From: an uncultured delta proteobacterium
GTDB taxonomy: Bacteria > Desulfobacterota > RBG-13-43-22
Reading direction: 5' to 3'
Assembly: GCA_963743305.1 (NCBI GenBank)
Contig: CAVUPH010000013.1
Location: forward strand, 64,001 to 128,000
Length of the DNA stretch: 64,000 bases
Shown here piece by piece: positions 10,447 through 21,601 of the stretch. Made by a program: the position numbers and the translations under genes. The notes under the pieces were generated by a model. That model was not told where the DNA came from, did no database searches, and saw only the letters and a list, made by a program, of their open reading frames with translations. How positions within the stretch are numbered: the first letter of the stretch is position 1; every line of letters begins with the position of its first letter.

Positions 10447-11435
10447 TGATTCCCCGAAAATTCCGCCATCCCCTTTTATTGTTGATTTGGCTTTGTTCGC
10501 TGAGCGGTCCGTCCCCGCTGCCGGCCTTTTCTTTACAAACTCCGGCCAGTCCTTATTCGGTCCATCTTCCGCTGCTGCTGAACGAATTTCAACCGCCCGC
10601 GCCGCTCATCGGTTGGCTGTCCTACGTAAATTATTATCGGGAGACCGCCGGCCTTCCGCCCGTCAGTGAAAAACCGGAATGGAGTGCCGGGAACCGCAGC
10701 CATGCCCTCTACATGGTTCGCAATGACGTCATCGAGCACGACGAAGACCCCGGAAACCCCTGGTACACTCCCGAAGGTCGAACTGCCGCCCGGAGCAGCA
10801 ATTTAATTGTTAGTTTTGACGTGCAGGCCACGGATGAATGGGCCATCGATGGATTTATGCAGGCCCCTTTTCACGCCTTGGGAATTATCGATCCCCGACT
10901 TTTGCAGGTCGGCTATGGGAGTTATCGGGAAGCCGACGGGCAGTACGAGATGGCGGCGGGGTTGGATGTCATTCGTGGAATGGGTTTGGTCGCGCGAACC
11001 CCTTATCCAATTTTTTGGCCCGGAAACGGGGTTTCCGTCCCTCTTTTCTCCTATTGGGGAGAACACCCGGATCCGCTCAGCAGTTGTCCCGGCTACAGCG
11101 CTCCCAGCGGACTTCCCATTATCCTGCAGCTCGGACCCGGGATGCTGACCCCTTCAGTTTCGGCATCGTCCTTGTCGAGCAACGGCCAATCCCTGGAGCA
11201 TTGTGTCTTTGATGAAACCAGCTACGCCAACGGGGATCCGGTTCAGCAGGACCTGGGAAGAAATATTTTGAATGCCCGGGACGCGGTTATCCTGATCCCG
11301 CGGCAGCCTTTGACGCCGGGTTCGACCTATAGCGTCTCGATCACGGCCAATGGGCAGGTCTACGACTGGGTTTTCAGCATAGCGGTCAGGGCCGGGGATT
11401 CCAGTAGGAGGGTTTTTTCAGGTTTCGTCAAATAG
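10446..11435 (+). CDS. CAP (SCP-like) domain secreted protein
   Basis: Signal peptide; VNYYRETAGLPPV, HALYM..HDE and QAPFHALGIIDPRLLQVGYG CAP motifs. Confidence 0.85.
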   Translation: MIPRKFRHPLLLLIWLCSLSGPSPLPAFSLQTPASPYSVHLPLLLNEFQPPAPLIGWLSYVNYYRETAGLPPVSEKPEWSAGNRSHALYMVRNDVIEHDEDPGNPWYTPEGRTAARSSNLIVSFDVQATDEWAIDGFMQAPFHALGIIDPRLLQVGYGSYREADGQYEMAAGLDVIRGMGLVARTPYPIFWPGNGVSVPLFSYWGEHPDPLSSCPGYSAPSGLPIILQLGPGMLTPSVSASSLSSNGQSLEHCVFDETSYANGDPVQQDLGRNILNARDAVILIPRQPLTPGSTYSVSITANGQVYDWVFSIAVRAGDSSRRVFSGFVK

Positions 11436-11461
11436 GTAATAAAATTGAAATGAAAGAAATT

Positions 11462-11538
11462 TGGTGCCCCTGGCCCGACTTGAACGGGCGGCCTACAGAT
11501 TAGGAATCTGTCGCTCTATCCTACTGAGCTACAGGGGC
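11462..11538 (-). tRNA. tRNA-Arg (anticodon CCT)
   Basis: Minus strand reads GCCCCTGTAGCTCAGTAGGATAGAGCG ACAGA-TT-CCT-AA-TCTGT ..GTTCAAGTC.. CAGGGGCACCA: a full cloverleaf with encoded CCA. Confidence 0.96.
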
Positions 11539-11668
11539 TTTAGAGATTTCAAGTGGTACGGGAAGGATACTACCACAAATCGGTTGAAATAGAAAGGATT
11601 GGAAATCAAAAAGGCCTTTGGGGTGGAAGTCTTTATAAGCCGAAAATACCGACGTACCCGACGCCGCC

Positions 11669-13175
11669 TTACTTCGGACCGAAGGCATCGGAGCGGTCTT
11701 CAGGGACCACCGCCTCAAGTTTAACGGAACGGGGTTTAGGCGGACGTTTGACGACCGGGGGTTTTTTCGCCTTATCTTTTTTCATCCGGCTTTCTTTGGC
11801 GATCAGGTCCCGCAACTCCTTGATCCGTCCGTTGGCCTCATCATTGCCGGGCTCCAGCTCGAGGGCCTTGAGCAGATCGGCCATGGCCCTCGGATAGTCA
11901 GCCCGGGCTATTTTTATCTCCGCCCGTTCGGCATAGGCCGGGGCGTATTTGGGTTCCAGTTCGATGGCTTGATTGAAATCCGCCAGGGCACCCTCCAGGT
12001 CCCCTTGCTTCTCCCTGAGTTCACCCCGGGCCGTAAAAGCCTTGTGATTTTTGGGAGAGATTTCAATCGCCCGGTTGAAATCCGCCAGGGCCCCGCTGGA
12101 ATCGCCCAATTCCATCTTGATCTCCCCCCGGTTGCGGTGGGACCCGCTAATGTTCGGATTGATGGAGATGGCCTGGTTAAAATCCTTCAGGGCTTCCACC
12201 AATTTGTTGTCTTTAAATAGGATGACTCCCCGGTTGTGGTAGGCGTTCCAGGCCCCCCGAGGATCCTGGGCGATCGCCTGGCTGTAGTCCTTCAGCGCTC
12301 CTGTCGAATCGCCCTGCTTGGCCTTCAAGAAACCCCGAAAGTTGAAGGCCTGGCTGAAAAGTGGATTGAACTCGATCGCCTTATTGTAGTCGAGCAGTGC
12401 CCCTTCCGGATCGGACAGCCTTTCCTTCAGCCGGCCCCGGGCGAAGTAGGTGTTGGCCCCCCGAGGATCCAGTTCAATTGCCCGGTTAAAATCAGTTAAG
12501 GCGCCATTCAAATCGTTGGTCCTGAGCTTGACCTGTCCTCGGTTGTGGTAGGCCCCGGATAGCTTGGGATCGATACTCCAGAGCCCGGGAATGATCCGCC
12601 AGCGCCCCTTCCACATCATCCTTTCGTAGTTTCATGTAGCCCCGCATGGTATAGGGTGGGGCGTAATCAGGATTCAGCTCGATGGCCTGGTTCACGTCGA
12701 CCAAGGCGCCCTCATAATCCTCCATCAGGTATTTCAGTTCCGCCCGGTTGGCGAAATAGATGCTTTGGCTCTGCCGGGTAGCCTTCAGTTCAAGAGCGCG
12801 GTTGTAATCCGCCAGTGCCCCTTTGAAATCCCGCAGCCTTTTCTTCACTACGCCTCGACCGTTATATGCCGAGGCATAATTCGCGTCGAGTCCGATGGCC
12901 CGGGTGTAATCGGTCAAGGCCCCGGGCAGATCGTGATTCCTTTCCTTGGCCACGGCGCGGAGGCGGAAAAAAGTGGGGTTTTGGGAGTTTAGATTTATGG
13001 CCCGGCTGAATTCGGCGATTGCGTCTTCGAACCTCTTCTGGTCGAAATATTTAAGACCCCGGTCATAAAAAGTGTTCGCTTCCTTAGAGGATGGGGTCGT
13101 CTGCGCCGACAGGACCGGACAGAATCCGATCAACAACCCCCCCAAAAAAATCACCAGCAGAATAATTTGCTTCAT
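11669..13175 (-). CDS. Exported tetratricopeptide-repeat protein, split by one frameshift near 12580
   Basis: ORFs 12492-13211 and 11669-12619 both carry continuous GALADYNRAIELxP TPR repeats; signal peptide from ATG 13175. Confidence 0.85.
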
Positions 13176-13366
13176 TCTTTCTCCGCTGACCCGAACTTGA
13201 ACATCCTTCACCTTACAAATGCCTTTCGGCGAAAGGCTGATTTAACTGAAACCCTTTTAACCCCCACTCCCCGCCTGTGGGGAGCCCGCGAAGCATGGAA
13301 ATAGAAGGGCAGACCTAAAGCCTAAGTTTTTGACTTCAATAATTAATAATCAATTGTGACAATCTC

Positions 13367-13502
13367 GCAAAAGTCCAAAAACCTGTCATTGCGACCCCGG
13401 ACTTGATCCGGGGGAAGCAATCCCTACCATGGTAACTAGCTGATTCTTGGGGATTGCTTCGTCGCTTCACTCCTCGCAATGACAGCGCTGGGGACTTTTT
13501 GC
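13367..13502. repeat. REP/MITE-like inverted-repeat element
   Basis: TGTCATTGCGA..GAAGCAATCCC / GGGATTGCTTC..TCGCAATGACA, with outer arms GCAAAAGTCC / GGACTTTTTGC. Confidence 0.8.
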
Positions 13503-13531
13503 TGGTTATAGAGTCTATTTTTGTATTAAAC

Positions 13532-14319
13532 CTATTTCCTTAATGCCCGGGCATAGGCAAAGACGGCCTGGACGTAGTTATCGCAGTGGTTATAGGCGTA
13601 TACGGCTTTCTTTTTCTTAAGGGGGCTTTGGGTGGACCAACCGAATGTCTTCAGATAGTTGGCCATGCTGGCGAAGGCATCGGTCAGGTTGAAAAGATCC
13701 ACTTTTCCGTCTCCGTTGCCGTCCGCCCCGTATTTTCTATAGGAGGAGGGCACAAATTGCGGTATTCCAAAGGCCCCGGCCCAGGAGCCCTTCACCGAGA
13801 GGGGATCCTTTTTCTGTTCCCGGCCGATCAGCAACAGTTGGCCGAGTTCCGCTTCGGCCCATTCGGAACGCCGGTTTTCAATGAGGGCCATGGTGAGCAG
13901 GCTGTTGAAAACAGGACGGTTTCCCGTAAACCGGCCGAAGTTGGTCTCGATGCGGAGAATGGCCACCAGGACCTCCCGGCCCACTCCGTAAGCGGCCTCG
14001 ATTTTTCGGAGGATACGTCGGTTTTCGCGGAGTATAATTTTCCCTTGCTTCACCGACTTTTTGGTGAGCAGTCCGAAGCCCCGTCCAGATAGTTCAGGCT
14101 TTTCCCCGTACGCTCGAGAATCTCCGGGTAAAGCGTTACCCGGTCGTCTGAAAAAACGCGGGAAAGCTCCTCCTCCGTCAAGCCCCGGTCCATGAGCTTT
14201 AACCGCAGTCCATCCAGCTTTTCGACGCAGGGGTGAACAAGAGTCGCCTCTGTAGAAGTACCGGCCGCGACGACCAGGAAAACGCCCAGGAAGATGCTAA
14301 CGATTTCAGATGCCCTCAG
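13532..14319 (-). CDS. Lytic murein transglycosylase (MltB/SLT_2 family), frameshifted near 14075
   Basis: AILRIETNFG, GSWAGAFGIPQFVPSSY, DGNGDG and AYNH motifs; the signal-like N-terminus continues in another frame to ~14319. Confidence 0.82.
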
Positions 14320-14827
14320 CCTTTCTCCCTCCCTTCACAAAAACTCCGTTCATGTCCACTCCCGGATATTCGTCTCGGATGCCGGCCATCCGATCGGAGG
14401 CGACCGGGAACCGATTCGACCATAAGCTGTTCGCCTATCATAGCCTCATGACGGGAATTCTTGTCAAGCCGAAAAAGTTCAGGATTCTATCAGACAGGGA
14501 AGGAGCCCGGCCCCGCACCCGGCCTGGAGTTTATCCAGCACATGAAGCGCGACCGGTTGACAGTTCTTATTGTAATGGTGAGAAGATTTTCATAGGGGTG
14601 TCCTATTCTTCGGGACGTCGTAAGCCAGCTTGGGGGATTGCTTCCCCCGGATTGAGTCCGCGGGAAGCAATGACGGTTGGTGAGTATCAGGGACTATTAT
14701 TAACGAACCTTCGGGCGGGTTGCCAAAAACTCTTTCCCCTGCTCCTCTACTGGGCAAGGAAAAGGGGTAGGCAGCAGGGCTTAATAAGGGTCTGTAAACA
14801 AATAACCTTGACAAAGCGACACTACAA

Positions 14828-14894
14828 CCGTTCGCCCTGAGCTTGTCGAAGGGTGAACGATACGGCCATGCTTCGACAAGCTCAGCATGAACGG
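14828..14894. repeat. REP-like inverted repeat
   Basis: CCGTTCGCCCTGAGCTTGTCGAAG .. CTTCGACAAGCTCAGCATGAACGG; related arms at ~38050-38089. Confidence 0.8.
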
Positions 14895-14955
14895 AGATAC
14901 CGCGCCATTGTACAGCTTATTTCTTGACGAGTTCTAAGGGTCTTCCTTCAGGAAT

Positions 14956-15252
14956 CTAAACAGATTCTACAGGAAAGGGCTCTCCCATATCGGCAAAGGA
15001 GAAAGCTAAAAAAATGTGGTGACCGTCATAGTCCAACACCCTCAGGTCGTCTGTCTCGTGGAGATCGCCCATAACGACGGAGAAATGCGTTCCATATTCT
15101 TTCTTTACTTTCTCCAAAGAAAGCTCGTAAGCGATGAATTTTTTGATGCCCCGGGCTTTCAACTTATTTACAAAATTTGGATCCGTTAAAGAATTATACG
15201 AGGTTAGAATGAGAATCGGACCTGTTCCGGTGAAAATAACTCCTGCTTTCAT
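14956..15252 (-). CDS. Conserved hypothetical cytosolic protein
   Basis: AGGAGG RBS; clean 98-aa ORF (MKAGVIFTGTGPILILTSY...DLRVLDYDGH). Confidence 0.7.
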   Translation of the reverse strand: MKAGVIFTGTGPILILTSYNSLTDPNFVNKLKARGIKKFIAYELSLEKVKKEYGTHFSVVMGDLHETDDLRVLDYDGHHIFLAFSFADMGEPFPVESV

Positions 15253-15505
15253 AACGTGCCCTCCTTTTTTTGTAAGTTATTAAAATAAAATACTTTTATT
15301 TAAAATACGTCCATAAAAATCTTAAGTCGACTACTCATTAAATGTCAATAAAAAAATAGAGCCGCGGCGTACATTCTTATGTGGTCGGGGTTACCAAAAT
15401 CCCTCCTCCGAACGCTGCGGAAATGATACCGATTATCCTCTATTTCCCTTTTCCTAAGGTTTGGGATAAAATAATAAAAAAATTCAGCCAAAGGGAGGCC
15501 CCATT

Positions 15506-15961
15506 ATGAATCATAAAGACACGTCCCTTTTAACAACTTTGCTGGTTGGTTTTATTGCCGGTTTCCTGTCAACCCTGATCTTTCATCAATTGACGCTGGC
15601 CTTGTTATGGAGCATCGGCCTGGCGCCCTTCGGACCTTTTCCCCTGGCCGCCACCAAACCATTCGGGGTCCCCGCGGTCTTTTCCCTGGCCTTTTGGGGG
15701 GGCATCTGGGGTATGGTCTTGGTCCTGATTCAGGGACGCTTTCCCCGGAAAGGCTATTGGCTGTCGGTTTTTATGTTCGGAGCCATTTTAACTTCCCTGG
15801 TTGCCCTGTGCCTGGTGTTGCCGCTTAAAGGCAAGCCCCTGGGTGGCGGCTGGCATCCGGCTCTCTTGCTGACCGCCTTCCTGATCAACGGCGCCTGGGG
15901 GATCGGAACCGCCCTGATCTTTAGGGTCCTATCCAGGCGGTCAGGTGGTCGGCGCGACTAG
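15506..15961 (+). CDS. Hypothetical 4-TM membrane protein
   Basis: GGGAGG RBS; hydrophobic helices; PFGVPAVFSLAFWGGIWG. Confidence 0.75.
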   Translation: MNHKDTSLLTTLLVGFIAGFLSTLIFHQLTLALLWSIGLAPFGPFPLAATKPFGVPAVFSLAFWGGIWGMVLVLIQGRFPRKGYWLSVFMFGAILTSLVALCLVLPLKGKPLGGGWHPALLLTAFLINGAWGIGTALIFRVLSRRSGGRRD

Positions 15962-16140
15962 GAACCAGGAGTGAAGAACCGTGAAGGGTATTGGAAGGCG
16001 GCGCATAATTAAATTCATCCCTGGTTCTCAGACCGTCAGCCCCTGACACAGCGGACCGGATAGCGGTTGGTTTTGTAATAGCTCAGCAGGTAGGCGCCGT
16101 CGAGTACCAGAATTTAGGCGTTTTTCGTGTCTTTCTCGAA

Positions 16141-16206
16141 AAGGGTGGAGGCGACCCGGGACACGTAACACATGTGGCCGGCGGTCAGGACGTTGGGGGT
16201 GCCCAG
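16141..16206 (-). pseudogene. Short remnant of a molybdopterin oxidoreductase-like gene
   Basis: Minus strand reads LGTPNVLTAGHMCYVSRVASTL directly after an AAGGAG RBS, with no proper start codon. Confidence 0.45.
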
Positions 16207-16219
16207 AGCAAACTCCTTT

Positions 16220-16421
16220 TTAGTCCCCGGTCTCGGCCAGGTCGGAGATCCCGAACTGCAGGACCCGAACGAAACTCAGCATGGCCCGGACGTTTTTTTC
16301 GACTACCGGCATCCCCTGACCTTTTCCCTTCAAGTCCAGGAGCAGGATTTCCAGTTGATCGATGATTACGCTTCATTTCGGCCGGATCGGCCCCGGCCCC
16401 GGTTTCGATTGGTTTCTTCAT
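16220..16421 (-). CDS. Small (~66 aa) helical protein with a one-base frameshift near 16366; homolog of 31240-31419
   Basis: Joined frames read MKKPIETGAGADPAEMKR/IIDQLEILLLDLKGKGQGMPVVEKNVRAMLSFVRVLQFGISDLAETGD*. Confidence 0.6.
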
Positions 16422-16425
16422 CGGC

Positions 16426-17751
16426 TTATCCCTTCCGGTTATCTTTAAAGCGTTTTGATTTTAAGGTGTAGCGCGGGAGGCCTCCAGGGGGTACCGGCTC
16501 GATCTTGAAACGGAGGTTGGTCTTGGTCTTGAGCCGTTCCGCGATGCGCCGCTTAAAGCCTTGGAAGACCTCGATCCCCATTTCCTCCCGGGGCTCCACC
16601 TTGAGCGTGATCTCATCCATCACGTCTACGCGTTCCACCCAGATTTCATATTCCACGATTTCCGGGAACTCCCGCCGGACGATTTCTTCGACGGTCACGG
16701 GGGTAAACAGGACTCCTCGGATTTTCCGCAGGTCGTCGGTCCGCCCTTCGACCCCGGAGATCATCCGGGCCGTTCGCCCGCAGGGACAGGCGTCGCTTCC
16801 CCGCCGGACCACATCCTTGGTGTTGAAGCGGATCAGGGGAAAAGAGCGCCGCCCGAGGGGCGTGATCACCGCTACCCCCAATTCCCCCGGGCCCACTTCC
16901 CGGGTCAGGGTTTCCATGTCCAGGATTTCCACCAGGAAGAAAGGCTCCAGGAGGTGCAGGCCCCGGCGTTCGCCGCACATGGCCGCCCAGGCGCAGGGCT
17001 CCGTACCACCGATGTGGTCATAGACCTCGGCCCCCCAAATTTGCTCCAAACGGTTTCGAGTGGCCGGCGGTAACGGTTCCCCGGCGCAGAGCATCCTTTT
17101 TATCCCCAGGGTCCTGGGGTCGATCCCCTCCCGGACGGCTTCCTCGGCCAGATGCAGGCCGTAGGTGGGGGTATTCAGGAGGGCGGTGGCCCGGACTTCC
17201 CTGATTTTGCTGATCCGGCCCCGGGTGTCGAGGGCGCCGCCGGGAACCACCTCGCAACCCAGCTTTTCGGAGGCGTAATGGCCTTCCCAGAAGGCGACAT
17301 AGACGTTGTAGCCGAAGGGGATAAAGACGCGGTCGGTCTCCCGAAATCCGGCCATCCAGAGGATGTGGCACCAGATTTCGATCCGCCACTGCCAGCTCTC
17401 ATAGGATTCCGGGACGTACACCGGCCGGCCTGTCGTCCCCGAAGTCTGGCGGAAATGAGACACCTCGGTCAGGTCGACGCCCAGCATCTCTCCGTAAGGA
17501 AAGGGCTCCTGACCTTCCTGCGCTTTCCGCAGTTCTTCCTTATCCAGGAGGGGGAGTTGCCTGACCGCCTCCAGACTCCGAATTTCCTCGGGAAAAATGT
17601 CCTGGTATTTACGCCGATAAAAGGCCGAGTGATCCTTGGCATATTGAAACATTTGGCGGAAGTTCTTGAGTTCAATGGCTAACCGTCTTTCCGGTTCCAA
17701 AGTTTCCAGCAAGGGGTTCCAGTAATTGCTTCTCTGTTCGGTCATCTCCAA
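16426..17751 (-). CDS. Phenylacetate-CoA ligase family (PaaK-like) protein
   Basis: QTSGTTGRP P-loop; CAGEP, YDHIGGTE, GRTDDLRKIRG and KSKRFKD motifs. Confidence 0.9.
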   Translation of the reverse strand: MEMTEQRSNYWNPLLETLEPERRLAIELKNFRQMFQYAKDHSAFYRRKYQDIFPEEIRSLEAVRQLPLLDKEELRKAQEGQEPFPYGEMLGVDLTEVSHFRQTSGTTGRPVYVPESYESWQWRIEIWCHILWMAGFRETDRVFIPFGYNVYVAFWEGHYASEKLGCEVVPGGALDTRGRISKIREVRATALLNTPTYGLHLAEEAVREGIDPRTLGIKRMLCAGEPLPPATRNRLEQIWGAEVYDHIGGTEPCAWAAMCGERRGLHLLEPFFLVEILDMETLTREVGPGELGVAVITPLGRRSFPLIRFNTKDVVRRGSDACPCGRTARMISGVEGRTDDLRKIRGVLFTPVTVEEIVRREFPEIVEYEIWVERVDVMDEITLKVEPREEMGIEVFQGFKRRIAERLKTKTNLRFKIEPVPPGGLPRYTLKSKRFKDNRKG

Positions 17752-18035
17752 GGATCCTCCTTCGGGCTAATCTAATAAGGCGGTGCCCGATAAAAAGTGG
17801 TCTCTCCAGACCCGGGACGCCACCTCGTATTTTAGGGATACCCCCCTAATCAAGGGGAAGCACAAAAGTCTATATAGAGAACATGAGGTCTTGGTATAGA
17901 ACAAAAATTTTCGCCGGTCAAGTAAAAATTATTGACAAGGGGCTGAAGACTGGGGTACAGAGTACCAAAAAGCGGAACACAAAATTCCTTTCAAGCGTCC
18001 AGAAATTCGAAGGGCTTTCCGGGTCAGAGCAATCC

Positions 18036-18576
18036 ATGGTCGAAATAAAATTCTTCGGGCGGGGGGGGCAGGGGGCGGTGATCGCTTCCCAGATACTGGC
18101 CAAGGCCTATTTTCTGATGGGCTGGTATCCCCAGTGTTTTGCCCTGTTCGGGGGCGAACGCCGCGGGGCGCCGGTCTTTAGCTTCCTGCGAGTGGATGAA
18201 AAAAAGATCCTCCTCAAGTGCGAGATCATCAAGCCCGACCAAATGATTTTTCTGGCTTCCGATTTGCTGGAAGAAAGGGAAATCGAACGCCTGCCTGAAA
18301 CCGAACGGCCTGATTCTAATCAATAAGACCCAACCCCACCAACCGGCCCTACCTTCCAACCATTTTCGCCTGGCCCAGGTGGATGCCCTGCGCGTTGCCG
18401 CCGAACAGGGGTTGGGAAGCATTATCAATACAGCCATCCTGGGCGCCTACTGCCGGGCCGCCGGGGATGTCCCGCTCACCTGCCTGGAAGAGGCGATTCG
18501 GGGCACGGTGCCGGCCAAGGTGGAGGCCAACGTGGCCGCGGCCCAAAAGGCCTATGAGTTGACCCATATGTTTTAA
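18036..18576 (+). CDS. 2-oxoacid:acceptor oxidoreductase gamma subunit (PorC-like), frameshifted near 18300
   Basis: GRGGQGAV and FGGERRGAPV motifs; second part IINTAILGA...EANVAAAQKAYE. Confidence 0.85.
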
Positions 18577-18585
18577 AGACTTTTA

Positions 18586-18660
18586 TTCACCGCCCGCTTC
18601 GCTCAAGACGCAAAGGGCGCGAAGAAAAAATTCCTTGGCGTCCTTTGCGCCTTGGCGGTG
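18586..18660. repeat. REP-like palindrome; a half copy lies at 21573-21601
   Basis: CACCGCC..CAAGACGCAAAGGGCGC / GCGTCCTTTGCGCCTTGGCGGTG. Confidence 0.7.
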
Positions 18661-18674
18661 CGAAAAATATCTCT

Positions 18675-20418
18675 ATGGATATTAAAGACATCGAACAGAT
18701 AGCCCCCGTTTCCCGGGGGTCCACCGAGATTTTCAAGACCGGCCAGTGGGGATCCGGGAAGCCGTACTACCTGGAAAAAACCTCTCCCTGCCGTCAGGCC
18801 TGTCCGGCGGGTATCGATATGGCCCGGGCCTTGGCCGCGGCCGCCCTGGGGCGGTTCGACGAGGCCTTGCGGATCGTCCGGCAGGACAATCCCCTGCCGG
18901 GTGTCTGCGGGCGGGTCTGTTACCACCCCTGCGAGAAGGAATGCAACCGCCAGGATTTCGATGAGGCGGTCAATATCCGCGGTTTTGAACGGTACCTTTC
19001 CGACCACGGACGAGTGGACCTGGAAAGGGAGGTCCCGCCCGAAATGAAAAAAGAGCGGGTCGCCATTGTCGGTTCCGGCCCGGCGGGCCTGAGCGCCGCC
19101 TGGCAGTTGGTTCGCCAAGGCTACCCGGTTACCATCTATGAGGCCCTGCCCGAACCGGGCGGGATGCTGCGCTACGGCATCCCGGAGTACCGTCTGCCCA
19201 AAGAGGTACTCCGGCGGGAAATCGGCTTCATCCGCCAAAGGGGAGTGGAGATTCAAACCGGGGTCCGGGTGGGTCGGGAGATTTCCCTCAAGGAGATAAG
19301 AACTAAATCCCAGGCCCTGTTCATAGCCGCCGGGGTGCCGGGGTCGCGGCGGTTGGGGATCGAGGGGGAGGGACTTCCGGGGGTCATGGAAGGGATCGCC
19401 TTTCTGCGGCGGATCAATGGGGGGGCATCTCTCGAAGTGGGCCGGAGGGTAGCGATCATCGGCGGCGGGAACACGGCCATGGATTGTGCCCGCACGGCCC
19501 GGCGTCTAGGCGGCGAAGAGGTCACGGTAGTTTATCGGCGGTCTCGGGCCGAAATGCCGGCCCTGGCCGAAGAGGTGGCTTCGCTGGAACCCGAAGGGAT
19601 TCGACTGCTGCCGCAGGCCGCTCCGAAGAGGCTGCTGGCGGAAGGGGGCCGGCTATCTAGCCTGGAATGTTTAAAAATGGATTGGGGGGCGCCGGATGAC
19701 CACGGCCGGCCTCGTCCCGTTCCGATCGCCGGATCGGAATTCATTTTACCGGACCGATACGGTCATCATCGCCGCAGGTCAGATCGCGGAGGCCGGGTTT
19801 GTGGGGGAAATCGGTCTGTCCCTGGGCGTCACGGGTTTGATCACCGTCGACCCGGAAACCAGGGAGACCAACGTGAAGGGGGTATTTGCCGGCGGTGACC
19901 TGGCCGGGGAGCGGTCCTTCGTGGCCGACGCCGTAGCCGGCGGCAAACGGGCGGCCCTGGCCATCGCCTGCTTCCTGGAGGGCCGGGATGTTCAAAAAGA
20001 ACTGGAACGTCTGCGGATCGGCTCCGGGGCAGCAATCGCTTTCGGACCTTTTTTGGACCCGGGAAAGAATCGGGCGGACTTGCAAAAAGTGGTCCCCTTT
20101 GAAAAAATCAATACCCTTTGCTTCCCCTTGGCCGGTCGCCGGTCCAACCCCGAGCAGCCGATGCCGGAGCGATGGCCTCGGAGCTTTGAAGCGCTGAGCG
20201 GCGGACTGGACCCGGCGCAGATGAACGGGGAAATTTCCAGGTGCTTCAAGTGCGGCACCTGTGTCCACTGCGACCTCTGTTTCCTGCTCTGTCCGGATGT
20301 CTCCATCGAGAAGATCGGCGGGGAGGGCTACCGGGTCAATCCTGATTATTGCAAAGGCTGCGGCCAGTGCGCCGCCACCTGTCCCCGGCAGGTGATCGAG
20401 ATGGAAGGGCCGGCATGA
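18675..20418 (+). CDS. GltD/NfnB-like FAD/NAD(P) oxidoreductase fused to a PorD-like 2[4Fe-4S] domain, frameshifted near 19748
   Basis: CRQACPAG..CGRVCYHPCEKEC, GSGPAG, YGIPEYRLP, GGGNTAMD, VFAGGD; C-terminal CVHCDLCFLLCP and CKGCGQCAATCP. Confidence 0.87.
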
Positions 20419-21566
20419 GGACCTTGCTATCCGGAAACGAGGCCGTCGCCGAGGCCGTCCGTCTGGCCCGGGTGCCGTTCGTGGCCGCCTACCCGATCAC
20501 CCCTCAGACCCCGATCTATGAAAAGCTGTCCGCGATGGAAAACGAGGGCAGGCTTCCCGGGACCATGATGCGCACCGAATCCGAGCATTCGGCCATGGCC
20601 GCCTGCGTCGCCGCTTCCCTGACCGGGGTGCGGACCTTCACCGCCACCGCTTCCCAAGGGCTGGCCCTGATGCACGAGATGCTGCACTTCGCCTCCGGGA
20701 ACCGGGTCCCGGTAGTCATGGCCAACGTGAACCGGGTCCTGGCCGTGCCCTGGGCCTTCGGCAGCGACCAGACCGACAGCCTTTCCCAACGGGATACGGG
20801 CTGGCTGCAACTATACTGCGAGGACGGGCAGGAGGCCCTCGATACGGTCCTCCAAGCCTACCGGATCGCCGAGCAGGTCATGCTGCCCGTCATGGTCTGC
20901 CTCGACGGTTTTTTTACTTCCCATTTCATCGAACCCCTGGAGATCCCCGATCAGACCACGGTGGATGCTTTCCTGCCCCCGCCCAGCATCCCCAACCGGT
21001 TTGACACCCAAAATCCCGCCTACCTCTCCAATGTGGTCAGCCCCGCGCAGTTCATGCGCTTTCGGCAGCGGAGTTTCGAGGATATGGAAAAGGCCCGGCC
21101 GCTCATCCAGGTCGTCGACGAAGAATACCAACGCTTCTTCGGCCGGGGCTACGGGCTGGTGGAGGCCGTGGAAACCGGGGAGGCCGAGATCGTCCTGGTG
21201 ACCAGCGGGGCCATGACCGGCACGGCCCGGGTGGCCGTCCGGGCGTTGCGGGACCGAGGGGTCCGGGCCGGACTGCTGAAGATCAAGGCCTTCCGGCCTT
21301 TTCCCAGAGAGGAGGTCCAGACCGTCCTGAAGGGTGTGCCGAAAGCGGCGGTGGTGGACCGGAATATTTCCCTGGGCAAAGAGGGGATCTTCTGCCAGGA
21401 ATTGAAGGCCGCCCTTTACCCCTTGGAGCGGCGTCCGCAAATCACCGGATACATCGCGGGACTATGCGGCGACGATGTCTCGCCGGAGACCCTCGAGGAA
21501 CTGGTACTGGAAACGCTGCGGAGCGACCAACCGCCACCGGGGCCGATCTGGGTGCGGAAGGATTGA
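20415..21566 (+). CDS. 2-oxoacid:acceptor oxidoreductase alpha subunit (PorA-like)
   Basis: SGNEAVA, AYPITPQT, ESEHSAM and TATASQGL motifs. Confidence 0.92.
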   Translation: MRTLLSGNEAVAEAVRLARVPFVAAYPITPQTPIYEKLSAMENEGRLPGTMMRTESEHSAMAACVAASLTGVRTFTATASQGLALMHEMLHFASGNRVPVVMANVNRVLAVPWAFGSDQTDSLSQRDTGWLQLYCEDGQEALDTVLQAYRIAEQVMLPVMVCLDGFFTSHFIEPLEIPDQTTVDAFLPPPSIPNRFDTQNPAYLSNVVSPAQFMRFRQRSFEDMEKARPLIQVVDEEYQRFFGRGYGLVEAVETGEAEIVLVTSGAMTGTARVAVRALRDRGVRAGLLKIKAFRPFPREEVQTVLKGVPKAAVVDRNISLGKEGIFCQELKAALYPLERRPQITGYIAGLCGDDVSPETLEELVLETLRSDQPPPGPIWVRKD

Positions 21567-21601
21567 AAAACTTTCACCGCCAAGACGCAAAGGGCGCAAA
21601 G

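Noticed and set aside
10070-11462. Integrative element at tRNA-Arg
   Set aside because: No integrase and no duplicated tRNA 3' end were found.
14690-14752. Minus-strand GTAGAGGAGC..AAGAGT resembling the start of a lysine riboswitch
   Set aside because: The downstream GAAAGG/GCCGAA elements and P3-P5 stems are absent, the segment is far too short, and no lysine gene follows.
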